From: Carcharhinus longimanus | Taxonomy: Eukaryota | Reading direction: 5' to 3' | Assembly: GCA_030264375.1 (NCBI GenBank) | Contig: JASCQW010000081.1 | Coordinates: 63,167,368 to 63,231,367, forward strand | Length of the DNA stretch: 64,000 bases | In this document: positions 25,721 to 38,220 of the stretch, piece after piece | Layout: each line of letters begins with the position of its first letter | Position numbering within the stretch: position 1 is the first letter of the stretch | Translations under genes and position numbers: made by a program | The notes under the pieces: generated by a model | Database searches by the model: none | What the model saw: the letters and a program-made list of their open reading frames with translations, nothing else | Told to the model about the DNA's origin: nothing

Positions 25721-26210
25721 AGCTATTGCTGAGGATGTTCTGGCTTTGATAGATAGACAGGAGTGGAACATAAAAATGGCATTCCAACAGACATGGAAAA
25801 TGGAGAAGAATGAAATGATCAGCCATGTCAAAAGTTGCAGAGGGCTTGAGAATACCAAGCAGCACAGTGCATAACCACAGATTCCAATATTCATCGTTAC
25901 CACCACTGAAGGATGACAAAGGTGATGTTTCTGCACGTTAGTTTGTTTGCCTGTAAACAATATATCCCCAAAATTAATGGATGGATTTAAACGTCAGGAT
26001 ATTGGCTTTCAAATATCCAGCTGTGCATAAGAGAATGCACACAAATCAATTCTGCTACACCTAGGTAACCGTCAGATAATAACTAGTTTAATTCACTTTT
26101 CAGTGATTCTTTTTCCAACCTAATGCATCTTCTCCCATGATCATCTGTGCTTAAACAGACATAAATAGCACCTAGTTACATTAAAGATGCACACCAATTT
26201 GTAGAAGTGG

Positions 26211-26375
26211 TTAAACCGACTTACCTTAACCCAATGTTATACATTTAACAGTGGGCAAAATATACACAAAATATACAGTACACAAAATATAGAAACAGAC
26301 AGAGGTATGCTTAAACTTAAACAAAGCCAATTACACAGATATGAGGTGAAAACCGGCTAAGGTAAGTTGGGTTAA
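26211..26375. mobile_element. candidate TTAA-flanked MITE (piggyBac-like ends)
   Basis: ttaaaccgacttacctta (26211-26228) and taaggtaagttgggttaa (26358-26375) are 16/18 reverse-complementary. TTAA is on both outer ends and the right end reads TTAA|CCC on the minus strand. Confidence 0.4.
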
Positions 26376-26479
26376 TTGATTAAAAGGTAGGCTGTAAACA
26401 AACAGTAGGAAACACAAACAATTTAAAACGTCCAACAAAAAATATTCCACAGAAAGACAGAGAAAACACAGCAAAAAAC

Positions 26480-27015
26480 ACCCATCTGTAGCTCACTCAA
26501 GTAGTTAGGGCTGTAGTAGATTAAATAAAAAGGCTTAAAGTATTACAAAAAAACAGTATCAAGTCTGAGGATTGACAGTTTTTTGGAAAACAGCAAATGT
26601 TTACCAAAAAGTTGATAAAAAGAGTAAATTAACCAGTAATACAAAAAAATTTCAAGAGCTTTTCAGTCTGTAAAAACAAGAAAGTAAAGTTAATGTTGGT
26701 CTCTTAGAATCAGAGACCTGAGAAATCATAGGGAATGAGGAAATGGCAAAATATCAAACTAATCTACCTGCCAACTTCAAAACATTCCATTTATGTCCAC
26801 TTTTTGATTCCTAACTTCAATTATGAGGATAGATTGGAGAGGTTAAGACTTTCTTAGAGGGAAGGCTAAGAAGAGATTGCAAAGAGGTGTTCAAAATCAT
26901 GAGGAGCCTCAGCTCTTTATAATCTACCATAATAATCTGGATGAAGATACAGTATTGTGATCTTTATCTGCTGATGATACAATACTAGGTAGAAAAGCAA
27001 GCTTCAGGGAAGACA
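26480..27015 (+). mobile_element. highly decayed CR1 fragments
   Basis: taatgttggtctcttaga...gggaatgaggaaatggca; ttatgaggatagattggagagg; ctgctgatgatacaatactagg (ADDT-like). Confidence 0.6.
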
Positions 27016-27023
27016 GGTGGGGT

Positions 27024-27025
<2 letters not shown>

Positions 27026-27056
<31 letters not shown>
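27026..27056. repeat. (GT)n microsatellite with adjacent G/GA-rich low-complexity DNA
   Basis: Directly visible. Flanks a 100-N gap. Confidence 0.95.
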
Positions 27057-27330
27057 GGGGGGGGGTTATGTTGTGGGGAGAGAGANNNNNNNNNNNNNNN
27101 NNNNNNNNNNNNNNNNNNNNNNNNNNNNNNNNNNNNNNNNNNNNNNNNNNNNNNNNNNNNNNNNNNNNNNNNNNNNNNNNNNNNNGAGGGGGCGGCGGGC
27201 GTTAGGTTGTGGGGAGAGAGAGAGAGATCGCAAAGAGATATATACAGGTCAAGTGAGGGGGCAACAAGATGGCAGATGAATTATAATGTAGGGAAATGTT
27301 AAGTTATTCACTTTGGTCAAAAGAAGAGGA

Positions 27331-29830
27331 GAACAAAGAACAATACAGCACAGGAACAGGCCCTTTGGGCTACCAAGTCTGCGCCAATTCCTAACCCTTA
27401 TTTAGACCCTCTACTTCTTGCCCATGCACGGTTTCCATCCATCTGCTCACCTCATGTGTCCATCAAGGTATGCTTGAACGTAGCTAATGTGCCTGCTTCC
27501 AATACGTCCATCGGCAGTGTATTCCAGGCACCCACCACCCTCTGTGGAAAAACTTCCTCCACACGTCACCCCAAAACTTTCCCCCTCCCCTTGAATCTGT
27601 GCCCTCTTGTAGTTGACCTTGTCACTCGGGAAAAATCTCTTGACTATCCACCTTATCAATGCCGCTCATAGTTTTGTAGACTTTATAAGGTTGCCCTTCA
27701 GCCTCAAGTGAAAACAACCCAAGTTTATCCAACCTCTCTCCTCATACTTAAAACCCTCCAGAACTGACAACATTTTGGTAAATCTTTTTTGCACCCTCTC
27801 CAAAACATCAACATACTTCTGGTGTGGTGACCAGAATTGCATGCAATATTTAAAACATGACCTAACTAATGTATTACAACATAACTTGCCAATTTTTAGA
27901 TTCAATGCCCCAGCCGATGAGGCAAGCATGCTGTATATCTTCTTGACCACCTTATTCACTCGTCTTCCTACTTTGAGTTATCTATGGACCTGTGTGCCCA
28001 GATCCCTCTGTATGTCAACGCTCCTAAGGGTTGTGCCATTAATTGCATAACTCACACCTGAATTTGATCTGCCAAGATGCATCACCTTGCATTTGTCCAG
28101 ATTAAACTCCATCTGCCATTGCTCTACCCACGTCTCCAAACTATTTACATCCTGTTATACCCTTTGACAATCCTCGTTACTGTCTGCAACTCCACTAAGT
28201 TTTGTGTCATCCGCAAACTTTTCAGACCACCTTGGCATGGTGGCACAGTGGTTAGCACTGCTGCCTCACGGTGCCTAGCACTGCTGCCTCACAGTGCCAG
28301 GGACACTGATTCGATTCTCAGCTTGGATCATTATCTGTGCAGGGTCTGCACGTTCTCCCTATGGCTGCATGGGTTTCCTTCCAGGGGTCCAGTTTTCTCC
28401 CAAAGTCCAAAAGATGTGCTGGTAGGAGGCAGAGAGTGGGGGTTAATGGGTGCTATTCGGATTGGCGGTTGGTGACTAGTGGAGTGCCCCAGGGGTCGGN
28501 NNNNNNNNNNNNNNNNNNNNNNNNNNNNNNNNNNNNNNNNNNNNNNNNNNNNNNNNNNNNNNNNNNNNNNNNNNNNNNNNNNNNNNNNNNNNNNNNNNNA
28601 GGACCCCCAGGTCCCTCTGCACCGTAGCATGCTGCAGCTTTTCGCCCTGTAAGTAGTAGTCCTTTCTACTATTATTGCTACCAAAGTGGATAACCTCACA
28701 CTTGCCATTGTATTCCATCTGCCAGATCCTCGCCCACTCGCTCAGCCTATCTAGATCCCTCTGCAGACTTTCTACACCCTCCGCACAATGTGCTGTTCCA
28801 CTTATCTTTGTGTCATCAGCAAATTTCGACACCTTACACTCGGCTCCTTCCTCCAGATCATCCATATAAATGGTAAATAGCTGAGGCCCCAGCACTCTCC
28901 TTCCGTATACCTGAACAGGCACCTGAGTGTGGCAACTGGAAGATTTTCAGTCACTTCATTACAATGTTAATATAAGTCTACTTGTGACACTAATAAATCA
29001 ACTTAAACATTTTCCTCCAGATCATTTACATATAACATCCGCATCTTTCCCTCATCATTCTTGTCACCTTGTCAAATATCTCAATCAATTTGGACAGACA
29101 TGACCTTCCCCATACAAAATCATGCTGCTAATCACTAACAAGTTCATTCGCTTCCAACTGTGAATAAATTCTCTTAGTATCTTCGCCATCAGCTTCCCCA
29201 CCACTGACGTCTGACTCACTGGCCCGCAATTAGTTAGATTATCTTTGTTTCCCTTCTTAAACGAAGGAACAACATTGGCTATTCTCGAGTCCTCTGGAAC
29301 CTCGTCTGTGGCCAACAAGGATGAAAAGATATCTAAAAGCCCCAGCTATTTTCTCCCGTACCTCACAGTGTCCTGGGATAGATCCCATCTGGCCCTGAGC
29401 ACTTGTCTATGTTAACATATTTTAAGACTCCCAACATTTCCTCCTTCATCGTACTGACCTACTCAAGAGTATTCACACACCTTTCCCTAACCTCAATACC
29501 CTTCATGTCTGGTGAATACCGATGCAAAGTACTCATTTAGGATCTCACCCATTTCCTCTGGTTCCACACATAACCTCATGCCTTTATTCTTGACTAAGCC
29601 TACTCTTTCCCCAGCTATCCTCATCTTCCTAATATATGTTTAAAATACTTTGGGTTCTCCTTAACCCTGTTGGCAAAGGACATTTCATGGCCCTTTTAGC
29701 CCTCCTAATTCACCATTTGAGCTTCTTCCTACTTTCTCTATATCCTTCAAGAGTTGCGTCTATTTTTAGCTGTCTATACCTTCCCTTTTTTCCTCTGGCT
29801 AAGCTGACAATTTCCCATCATCAAAAGAAC
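27331..29830 (-). mobile_element. CR1 LINE, 3' part, split by a SINE (pieces about 27331-28233 and 29007-29830)
   Basis: Minus ORFs carry CR1 ORF2 remnants: YCMQFWSP...VLERVQKRFTKM and ATDEVPEDSRIANVVPSFKKGNKDN...PVSQTSVVGKLM. Tail gaacaaagaacaa at 27331. Confidence 0.9.
28234..29006 (+). mobile_element. tRNA-derived V-SINE (head 28234-28423, tail 28896-29006), interrupted by young CR1 RT pieces (28424-28895)
   Basis: A box ggtggcacagtggttagc, B-box-like gattcgattc and the V domain. The tail matches the intact copy at 43126-43356. The insert translates [17 protein letters not shown]...SKFADDTKI. Confidence 0.85.
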
Positions 29831-29991
29831 CTGAATCCTGTCATTGCTGTCCTGAGCTGAATATTTTTTAAACGGCGAGAAACTTGTTCAGAGAGATTTG
29901 GATGTGCCAGTACAAGGAACGCAAAAAGTCAACATACAGGTAGAGCAAACAATTGTGAAGGAAAACAGAATGTTGGCCTTTATGCAATAGA

Positions 29992-30329
29992 AATAGAATC
30001 CCGATAGTGCAGAAGGAGGCCATTTGGCCCATCAAATCTGCACCACCTCTACAACAGAGCACCTTACCCAGGCCCTATTCCAAGAATTCCATATATTTAC
30101 CCCTCTAATTCTCCAATTTACACATCTTGGGACATAAAGGTGCAATTTGGCATGGCCAGTCAACCTAACCTGCACATCTTTGGAATGTGGGAAGAAATCA
30201 GAGCAATCAGGGAAAACTCACGCAGACATAGGGAGAATGTGCAAACTCCATACAGTCAACTAAGACTGGAATCGAACCCAGGTCCCTGGTGCTGAGGCAA
30301 CAGTGCTAAGCACTGTGCCACCGTGCCGC
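29992..30329 (-). mobile_element. near full-length HE1-like V-SINE
   Basis: Minus strand gcggcacggtggcacagtgcttagcactgttgcctc...ctgggttcgattcc...gagtttgcacattctccc...aaagatgtgcaggttagg, with a CR1-derived tail gggattctat. Confidence 0.9.
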
Positions 30330-30519
30330 TCTTGTGCGGTTTTAGCTCAGAGCTGGCAAGCTCCATTGGGCTGGCCTTGCATTTGGAATTCACCAAGTTC
30401 CAATTTTCCCCGCTACACCTAGCTATAAGTTACTTCTTCTGTGCCCTAACTCTTTCCACCATGGAGTCAGTGGCCTTCTTCCACTTTCTCAACGCCCCCA
30501 GAACTTCTCTTGAGCCTTA

Positions 30520-31282
30520 GTTACACAACACTTTCAAATGGTTGCTGGGACTTCTCTTGAACCCAACTACATAAAGCTAGCAAGCAGCAACAGTTTTGCT
30601 TCGTAGGTTAGATGAGTTAGACATGGTAAATGTGTTGGGTTACGGAGATGGGAAGGGGAGACAGCCTAGATAAGATATACTCTATGGGTGTTTCAGTCAG
30701 AGTCGGTGCAGACCCAATGGGCCAAATGGCCTCTTCCTACATTGTAGGAATTTCTATGATTCCAAGCAGAGGCTGAAGTGCAGACTGAAATCTAGGAGAA
30801 CAGATTCTTGGAGATAAGATGAAACCGTAGGAGGTATGCAGTCATTCTGAGAAAGACCAGCTTTCAAGGAATTCAGAGGTTTGTTTTCAGAAAGTGAAAA
30901 GTTTGTCATATCTCATGAGAGAGACTGAGTTTCAATGAAATTGGTTTACTCAGTGTTTACTGACATCCGACTGAGTTTCTGAAAAATACATGTGATCTAG
31001 CTTGGTTCTTTATTGTACAGCATGGGGGTTCATTCAGTTTACCTGTTATTTCACATGCATCTCCAATTAACCTTGCAGAGTATAAAATAGATATTGTAAA
31101 CTGATTCTTCCTTTTTGACTTTGTACAGTCAAGTTTAGCTTTGTTCAAAACGCAAGGAATCTTGTGGCTTTCCTTCCTTAGTAAGGGTTTTGAATCTCAA
31201 ACTTTGTCTACTTTAAACAAAGTGTCATTTGTCCCTAACTGGATGTTGCCAACATGTGGGAGTCTGATCTAGGACCATAACA
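30520..31282 (+). mobile_element. possible solo-LTR-like repeat with a SINE tail inserted (about 30600-30763)
   Basis: Ends in ...ctaggaccataaca (CA terminus). The SINE tail gagtcggtgcagacccaatgggccaaatggcctc is clear, but the LTR call is tentative. Confidence 0.3.
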
Positions 31283-32857
31283 CTAAAATGCATGGTTTTT
31301 TTGCTGCGAACAAAGCAAGATGAGAGGTCATTGAGAAAATCCACAGCAGCAGAAATATCTAAGCAATTCCAACCTTTTTTAAAATACAATCTTGAACCGT
31401 AGCACGTGATTATATAGGTAAATGCAGCACTTTATACATAGAAGACTCCTGAAAACAACAATTTGATCAACTGGTTGATTAGTCAATGAAGCCACACCCA
31501 AATCCAAAATAACAAGGAAACGGTAATTCAAGAATGACAGATGAGTCATGAAAAAGGAGAATTACAGCCCCTACAACATCAACGCTTGACTTCATCCTTA
31601 ATTGCGCTGACAACACGAGATTCAGTTGCAACCAGTTCACAATATGAAATATGGAATGATTAATATAATCTTCCCGTAGTTTTAAAATTTGAAGACTTAC
31701 ATAATGCTACTCATGCAAAAAAACCTCTCTTCCATGCTAGAAAACGAAGCTACTGCATTTGATCAACGTAGGAAAGTAATTTTAGAGAACCAATCGGATG
31801 GATAAAGGAAAGGAAAAAGCCTCACTTACCACCAATCCATTTAACATTTTATTTATGAAATGGAGTCATTGCGGGAATGCAGTAACAGCTTGCATTATTT
31901 TAACACTATGCTTCTATTATTCTCCAGCTCAGGGGCAAGTTTATCTGGATTCTAATGTATGGGAAAAGGCTTACTCCGTGAAATTCTCAAAAAAAAATGC
32001 AACAATAAGTCTATACAACCACAGCTTTTCTGGTGATTTATGATTTTAAGTGCCAAACAATGGAAGCTCATGTCCATAAAGAAAATCAATCAAGCTGCTA
32101 CAACTTATCAGATGTGGAAGTGTGCAGATATATGGATACAAAATACTCAGATCAAAAATCATCAACAGGAATCATTTATAATCTATGACTTTATTCTACA
32201 TATATAAATAAAAATATTCGGACCACCAGTCACTTTGGAAAACAGTATCTGCAATTTCCTATTTGCAAACATTCTATAAGAGGTTCACTCCACCTACAAC
32301 ATTAATCCAAAATGAAAATCGTCCTTGCACACATCAGATGTCAACTTTAACTCACAAAGAATGACACAGCAGATGTCAATACAAACATTTTCTCTCACTT
32401 CCTTCACTTTCTATGCGAGGGCAAATAGCTGCAAAATACAATGACTTCATGTTACATGATCCAAAATGCTTCATGCGTCAGAACTCCAATTTGTTACAAT
32501 AAACTTGAATAAGTTGTTTTGTATTATGCATCTACATCTACATCAATCTACTCAAACTGATTTGATGGGAAATTTTGAAAGCTAGTTCCTATTTTTGTTA
32601 TTTTCTTGCTTGGAAACAGTAAGATCAACAGCCAAATGAGCATCATTTATACAACCCTCATAACAAAGATGCATTATGGAGTGAAAAGGCTGGTAAATAA
32701 ACGGGCAATAGGAGGTACTGCAATGAACAGCACCATTATAAACATGCTCGTTTACAAATCATTCAGACCTTCATAGGTTGAATTGAGCACCAAAGTGGAT
32801 CTGGGCAATAAATCAGGAATCAAAAATGCTATCCATAGCCGAGACTATTCACACTGA

Positions 32858-33070
32858 AGTCTGAAGATGTGCGGGTTAGATTGATTGGCTATGCTAAAAA
32901 TTGCCCCTTAGTGTCCTGAGATGCATAAACTAGAGGGATTGGTGGGTAAAATATGTAGGAATATGGGGGTAGGGCCTGGGTGGGAATGAGGTCGTGCAGA
33001 CTCGATGGGCCAAATGGCTTCTTTCTGTATAAAGGGTTTCTATGATGATTTCTATGATGATTTCTATGAC
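32858..33070 (+). mobile_element. HE1-like SINE 3' half with (tttctatgatga)n tail
   Basis: agtctgaagatgtgcgggttagattgattggctatgctaaaaattgcccctta...gtgcagactcgatgggccaaatgg. Confidence 0.85.
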
Positions 33071-33350
33071 GATAAAGAATATTATCCTGAAAAGTCAATC
33101 AATCAAATTAGTTTAAATCGTCACACAATGGAACAACAACTTATAGCAGCTTTAACATAGTAAATGTGCCAAAGTGCTTCATAGGGGCATTATGCAGGAA
33201 GAATGTGCAAGACTGCAACTGAGTAAGATTTAGATTGAACAAGGAGTTGGAAATTCAGTGCAGAGGGGCAAAGGAAGCCTTTTTCTACTTTTCAAGCTCA
33301 AGTATATGGTTAGTTTCCTTCTTTGTCTCCAAGTTAGGTAAGTGCTAACT

Positions 33351-33392
33351 GATAAAGTAATAGACTCACTTAGATGAGTCTATTACTTTATC
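33351..33392. repeat. perfect 18-bp inverted repeat with 6-nt spacer
   Basis: gataaagtaatagactca-cttaga-tgagtctattactttatc. Confidence 0.95.
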
Positions 33393-33582
33393 TGTGTAAA
33401 TTACTAACTAATTAAATAAATTGGTTAGATGGAGTCTTGGATCAGACTCGTAACAGCAGGAATAGGAATTCAACAAGGATACGATCTGCCCAACAATCAT
33501 TTTTTAAAAAACCTGCCTAGCAACAGCAGTAACCAGTATTCAAAGGGGATGGTGAAATGTGAATTTTCCTAGAAATGAGATT

Positions 33583-33960
33583 ACATAAGAACATAAGAAA
33601 TAGGAGGAGTAGGCCATCTAGCCCTTCGAGCCTGCCCCGCCATTCAATAAGATCANNNNNNNNNNNNNNNNNNNNNNNNNNNNNNNNNNNNNNNNNNNNN
33701 NNNNNNNNNNNNNNNNNNNNNNNNNNNNNNNNNNNNNNNNNNNNNNNNNNNNNNNACAGCTGGAAAAAATTTTCTCAATGCACTTATCATAGAATCCCTA
33801 CAGTGCAGATGGAGGCCATTTGGCCCATCGAGTCTGCACTGACCACAATCCCATCCAGGCCCTATTCCAGTAACCCCACATATTTACCCTGCCAATCTCC
33901 CTGACACTAGGGTTACTTTAACATGGCCAATCAACCTAACTCATACATCTTTGGACTACA
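33583..33960 (-). mobile_element. young CR1 tail (33583-33655, next to a gap) and HE1-like SINE 3' half (33787-33960)
   Basis: acataagaacataagaaataggaggagtaggccatctagcc; atcatagaatccctacagtgcagatggaggccatttggcccatcgagtctgcac. Confidence 0.85.
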
Positions 33961-34059
33961 TAGCAATTTACATAAACCCCACGAAGAAATATCTTTTTTC
34001 TTTTTCCACACACAGTAGTGTATTAATGCACACTTTCGTCTGTTTCCACAGGTAGTTAG

Positions 34060-34321
34060 TCCGAAACAAGCAGCTCGTCTGTCACCAGAGGTTTATAGCT
34101 TGAACAGCATCAATCCACATCAAACTTGATGTGAGAGATCAGGAGTGTCTCCCACTCGTCATATGTCATTGATGAACTGGAAGAATTTTGCAGGTTGACA
34201 CTCAACCTATTTGACTGCATTATGAATTCACCTTCCTTGCCCATCAAATCCTGGGGTGAGACTCAAACCTGAAGCTTCTGCTCAGAGGCAGAAATGTTAC
34301 CCACTGCACCATAAGACCTCC
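34060..34321 (-). mobile_element. tRNA-derived SINE (family not identified)
   Basis: Minus strand head ggaggtcttatggtgcagtgggtaac...caggtttgagtctc has A- and B-box-like motifs. Confidence 0.55.
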
Positions 34322-34569
34322 GTCAAGACACGTGGTACAACCCAAATCTTAGTGATGTTCTATTTTGTCATTTTCACAAACACACTTTTCCCCCAGAGGT
34401 GTGCACCCTTACATTTTTTTTGGCAGGGTAAGGGTGGAAAGAAGAAATATGAAGAGAAGTAGCTTTATGCTCAACAGGTATATTGATAAAATATTTGGCT
34501 ATTAGACTGAATTTTATCTCTGCAACTACTTGCATGCGTCTGATCACTCAAGCAAAAATGTGGAAACAT

Positions 34570-34735
34570 TTTAGAAACATAGAAACTAGAAGCAGGAGTA
34601 GGCCATTCAGCCCTTCAAGCCTGCTCCACCATTCATTTAGATCATGGCGGATCATCGAAGTCATGTCCTGATTCCCCCTTTTCCTCCATATCCCTTGATC
34701 CTTTAGTCCCTAGAGCTTTATTTAATTTCTTCTTT
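34570..34735 (-). mobile_element. CR1 3' tail
   Basis: tagaaacatagaaactagaagcaggagtaggccattcagcccttcaagcctgctccaccattc. Confidence 0.85.
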
Positions 34736-36879
34736 TCATTGTCTTCCTTTTTAATAAGGAAGATTACATGCCTTAACTGCAATTATATTGTCTTAAATAT
34801 CAGCTTTTGAAAGGGGGATTAAAGGGTATTTCAGATGAAGGGTGCAACACATGGATGTGCCTTTCTGATCAACATTCTTGTTGTGAATAGTTCCGAAGAT
34901 GAACAACAACCAATTTATAACACCACCAAACTTCAGAAATTCCAGAATGCTTAGAGGCTGCTATATACACCAATTACACTGCGTATCTCCATTAATGCAC
35001 AATGAAAGAATAATTTGAGTAATTACCGATGTAGCAATTCTACCTTTCCATGGCTTAAAGATGACAGCAACACTACTGGGAAGTTTGATTATCTGACTAT
35101 TGACAAGCTGATGTTTGGCAGAACAAGCAAATGAACAGATTTCTGACTCCAGTTCTGAATCTCTGCACATGGATTCCATTCAAATTTCACACTTTTTCTA
35201 TTAGGTCCACCTACGATCACCAATTCCTCTAATATCTGTATTTGATACTTTGCTGCAATCCATCTATAATGTGCTGCTACATACATGTAGCAATGCCTCT
35301 CTCAACAACAGCAACTTTATTTAAGGGCTGTCTCAGCCTTCAGTTCTATACCACTCTTTGTCCAGACCACAGCAAAACGGTTCTTCCTCTCTACAGACAA
35401 AAATTACCACAAGCCTCAACAATTCTTGGATGCCATTCATTTTTTCTCTGCACTTCCTCCCAGTCTCACCTCTGCTGCGTTCTCACAAAACTTTGATCCT
35501 TCATTGTGCAACCCTGAAAATTCAGTCCATAACAGGGATCACTAGCTCATTCTCGAATCCTCCCACCTCAATGAATACCAAGCTTAACACTTGCTACACC
35601 ACCTTTGTGCCTACTTAGCTTGTCCTGCATGCGGACCATTTCTTTTGACTTCAGTTTCCACTCTGAACCCTTTGCCATAGCTCTCCTCCCTTCTCTTCAG
35701 TTTCTTCACTCCCCTAATTCACTCTGATTTAATCGCTGCCCAGTCTTGCAGCATTCTCTTTCTTCAAGTCTCATATCAACATTATCATCAATAACAGCAG
35801 CCTCTTTGTCAATAGGTTTGAACAGTAGATGTTCCCTGACCTGGAGGCTGACTACTTTATCTTGTCCCGAACTATGATTCTGCTATTGGTACCATAATTC
35901 CCCAAATTCACCTCAATTACTTTCAAATTCTCCACCATTACCACTGCCCCAAACTTACAGCTTCTTCCCTATGCACAACCTGCTTTCAAGTAAACCAGTG
36001 GAGATGGTGCTGAAAAGGTAGTTAACATGGTAGGTTTCAAAGAATAAGGTAAGATGAAGAAACAAAGGGATTGAGGGAGGGGATTCCTCAGCAGGTAGAG
36101 GCATGACTGTCAGTGCTGAGACTATGCAATGAAGACCATATTGGGTTGAAAGATCAGTTTACAGTTAAGAGGGATATCAAGATTGCCTTAAACAATAGCA
36201 AAGGAAGGAGATGGCAATGATGGCAAGGACAGAAGACATTGGCTGGAATTTCCAGCTGTTCATTCTGGTGGGATTTTTGGTCCTGCCCAATGGTGCATCC
36301 TTGTCGTGGCTTTCCTGCCAGTGTAGGACACAGTCAGTCAATGGGAAATCCCATTAACAACGGCGAGAATGGAACATCCCACTGTCAGTGCGCTGCCTCC
36401 TGCTGTTTCTCCCCATTGCTTTGCCTTGGTCTTCCCAATGTCTGGGAATGGCCTGTTGGAGGAAGTTAATTTATTTGAACCAACATGTAATGGCGGGAGT
36501 CTCAGCTTGTGACCACATTCGAAAGGTATGTGGTGCATGCAATTGTGTGGATGAGAAGGTTTGCCAGGTGGATGAACAGACTGACTATGGCACCATGGTG
36601 AAGGGTGCCATTCAAGTGGGAGAAGTGAAGAGGATTGTGGTAGTGATTCGGGACAGGTGGGGTAAATACGTGAGGTTACAGGGATAGGGTCTGGACGGGA
36701 TTGTTGTTGGTGGTGTCGTGATGGGTTGAATGGCCTCCTTCTACACTGTAGGGATTCTGTGGTTCTCTGAAATGGGTTTCAATTAATAGGCGCCCATACT
36801 GGGGAAAATGGGAGCTGCGCTATTGGCACAATCTACACCTAAATAATGCTGAGAGCAATTTTCTGGCAAATTGTATAAT

Positions 36880-37625
36880 TAAAGCAGTAGCGAGGGCTTT
36901 AAACTAAATAGTTGGAGAAGGAATCAGGTGAAAGGAGAAATCCTAAGGAAAATAAAGTAATGATGTAGGGCAGCAATTTAGGTAATGAGTTCCAGAATGT
37001 GACAGGAAGGGACACAGCATACAATGAGTGCATCAGGACATGAAGCCAAAAATAGTGGGAAAAAAAATTTCAGATGCAGTATCTGAATGCATGCAGCATT
37101 TGCAACTAAATGGATGAATTGTTAACACAGGTAGAAGTAAATGTATATGACCTGAATGGCAACATAGACAAGACTGAAAGGTGACCAGGGTTGAGATCTT
37201 AATGTGGAAAGATGTTTGACATACTGAAACAACAGGAGGCTGGGAAATGCAGCAGGGTAGCTCTGTTATTTAAGCATGTCATTAGTAAAGTAGATTCAGT
37301 TTGGGTAGAGATAAGAAATAAAAAGTCGTTTGTGGGAGTAGGTTAAATGCCCTCCCCCACCCCTTCCCCCAACAGTAGATGTACTGTAGAACATGCAGTA
37401 AAACATAAATGAGATGTACAAGAAGCGTACCACGATACTCAGGGTACTCATGGGTGCCTTCAATTGACATGTGGATTGGGAAAATCAGATTGGCAAATGT
37501 TGCCTGGAAAATGAGTTCATTGATGCCTGTCAAGACAAATCCGTGAACCTTAGCGTAGGATATTCTAGTGTTAATCAGGGAGCAGGCTATATTCAATGCT
37601 AGTGTGCAGTGAGTCAGGATTAATC
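36880..37625 (+). mobile_element. decayed CR1 ORF1 end and endonuclease region
   Basis: gagggctttaaactaaat; tatctgaatgcatgcagcatttgcaactaaatggatgaattg (YLNARSI..K.DEL-like); agggagcaggctatattc. Confidence 0.65.
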
Positions 37626-37689
37626 AATAACTTAATGGTAAAGGAACCTCTAGATTCTCAAGAGGTCAGATGAAAGGAACGTGTTTATC

Positions 37690-38220
37690 TCGGAAGTTTT
37701 GGGACTAGAGGCAATTACAAAAAAAGAGGGGTAATGCTCTGAAGGTGTTTTGAAACAAGGCTAACAACTTTAAAATCAAAATGATGCTTAAACCAGAAGG
37801 CAGCATAGGTCAAAGAATACAGGAGTGAAGGGTGAACAGTACTTGGTGCAAGTTAAGACATAGGCAGCTGAGTTTGGATGACTGAAACTTTAGGGAGGGT
37901 ACATGGAACATTGGTCAGAAGTACGCTATGTATCAAGTCTAGAGGTAAGAAGACGGTTTCAGCAGCAAATGAGGTGGGATAGGAAAAAATAAGTGATGTT
38001 ATGGAAGTGGAATTTTGCAGATTTAATGATAGTGCAGAAATGTAGTTGAAAGCTCAGATATGTAGCTGAAAACTCATTTTGTGGCCAAAAAGGCACAAGT
38101 TGAGAACAATCTGGTTCAATCAGGACTATAACCAGAAAGAATGACACAGTTGGTGGTTAGGAGTCAGTGGCTTGAAACAGAGGTTGTGGCAGGGACCAAA
38201 GACAACAGAATAAGAGGGGA
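37690..38220 (-). mobile_element. decayed L2-like fragment (related pieces at about 40110-40750 and 48505-49200)
   Basis: All share tcaagtctagaggtaa / ctagtctagaagtaacaaaagc. Minus ORF 48839-49048 contains AFVTSRLDYS, a typical L2 ORF2 C-terminal motif. Confidence 0.7.

Noticed and set aside
28234-28325. tRNA-like A/B boxes (also near 30329, 34321, 43356 and 49940)
   Set aside because: These are SINE heads followed by SINE bodies, with no intact cloverleaf, so they are not tRNA genes.
33037-33070. Short tandem repeat (tttctatgatga)x3 and similar (acataaga)n units
   Set aside because: Ordinary 3' tail microsatellites of CR1-dependent elements, not a CRISPR-like or functional array.
36238-36470. 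GC-richer patches with possible GGGC-type MITE ends (also about 18040-18790 and 51751-51890)
   Set aside because: Probably decayed Harbinger-like MITEs, but the terminal repeats are too degenerate to define by eye.
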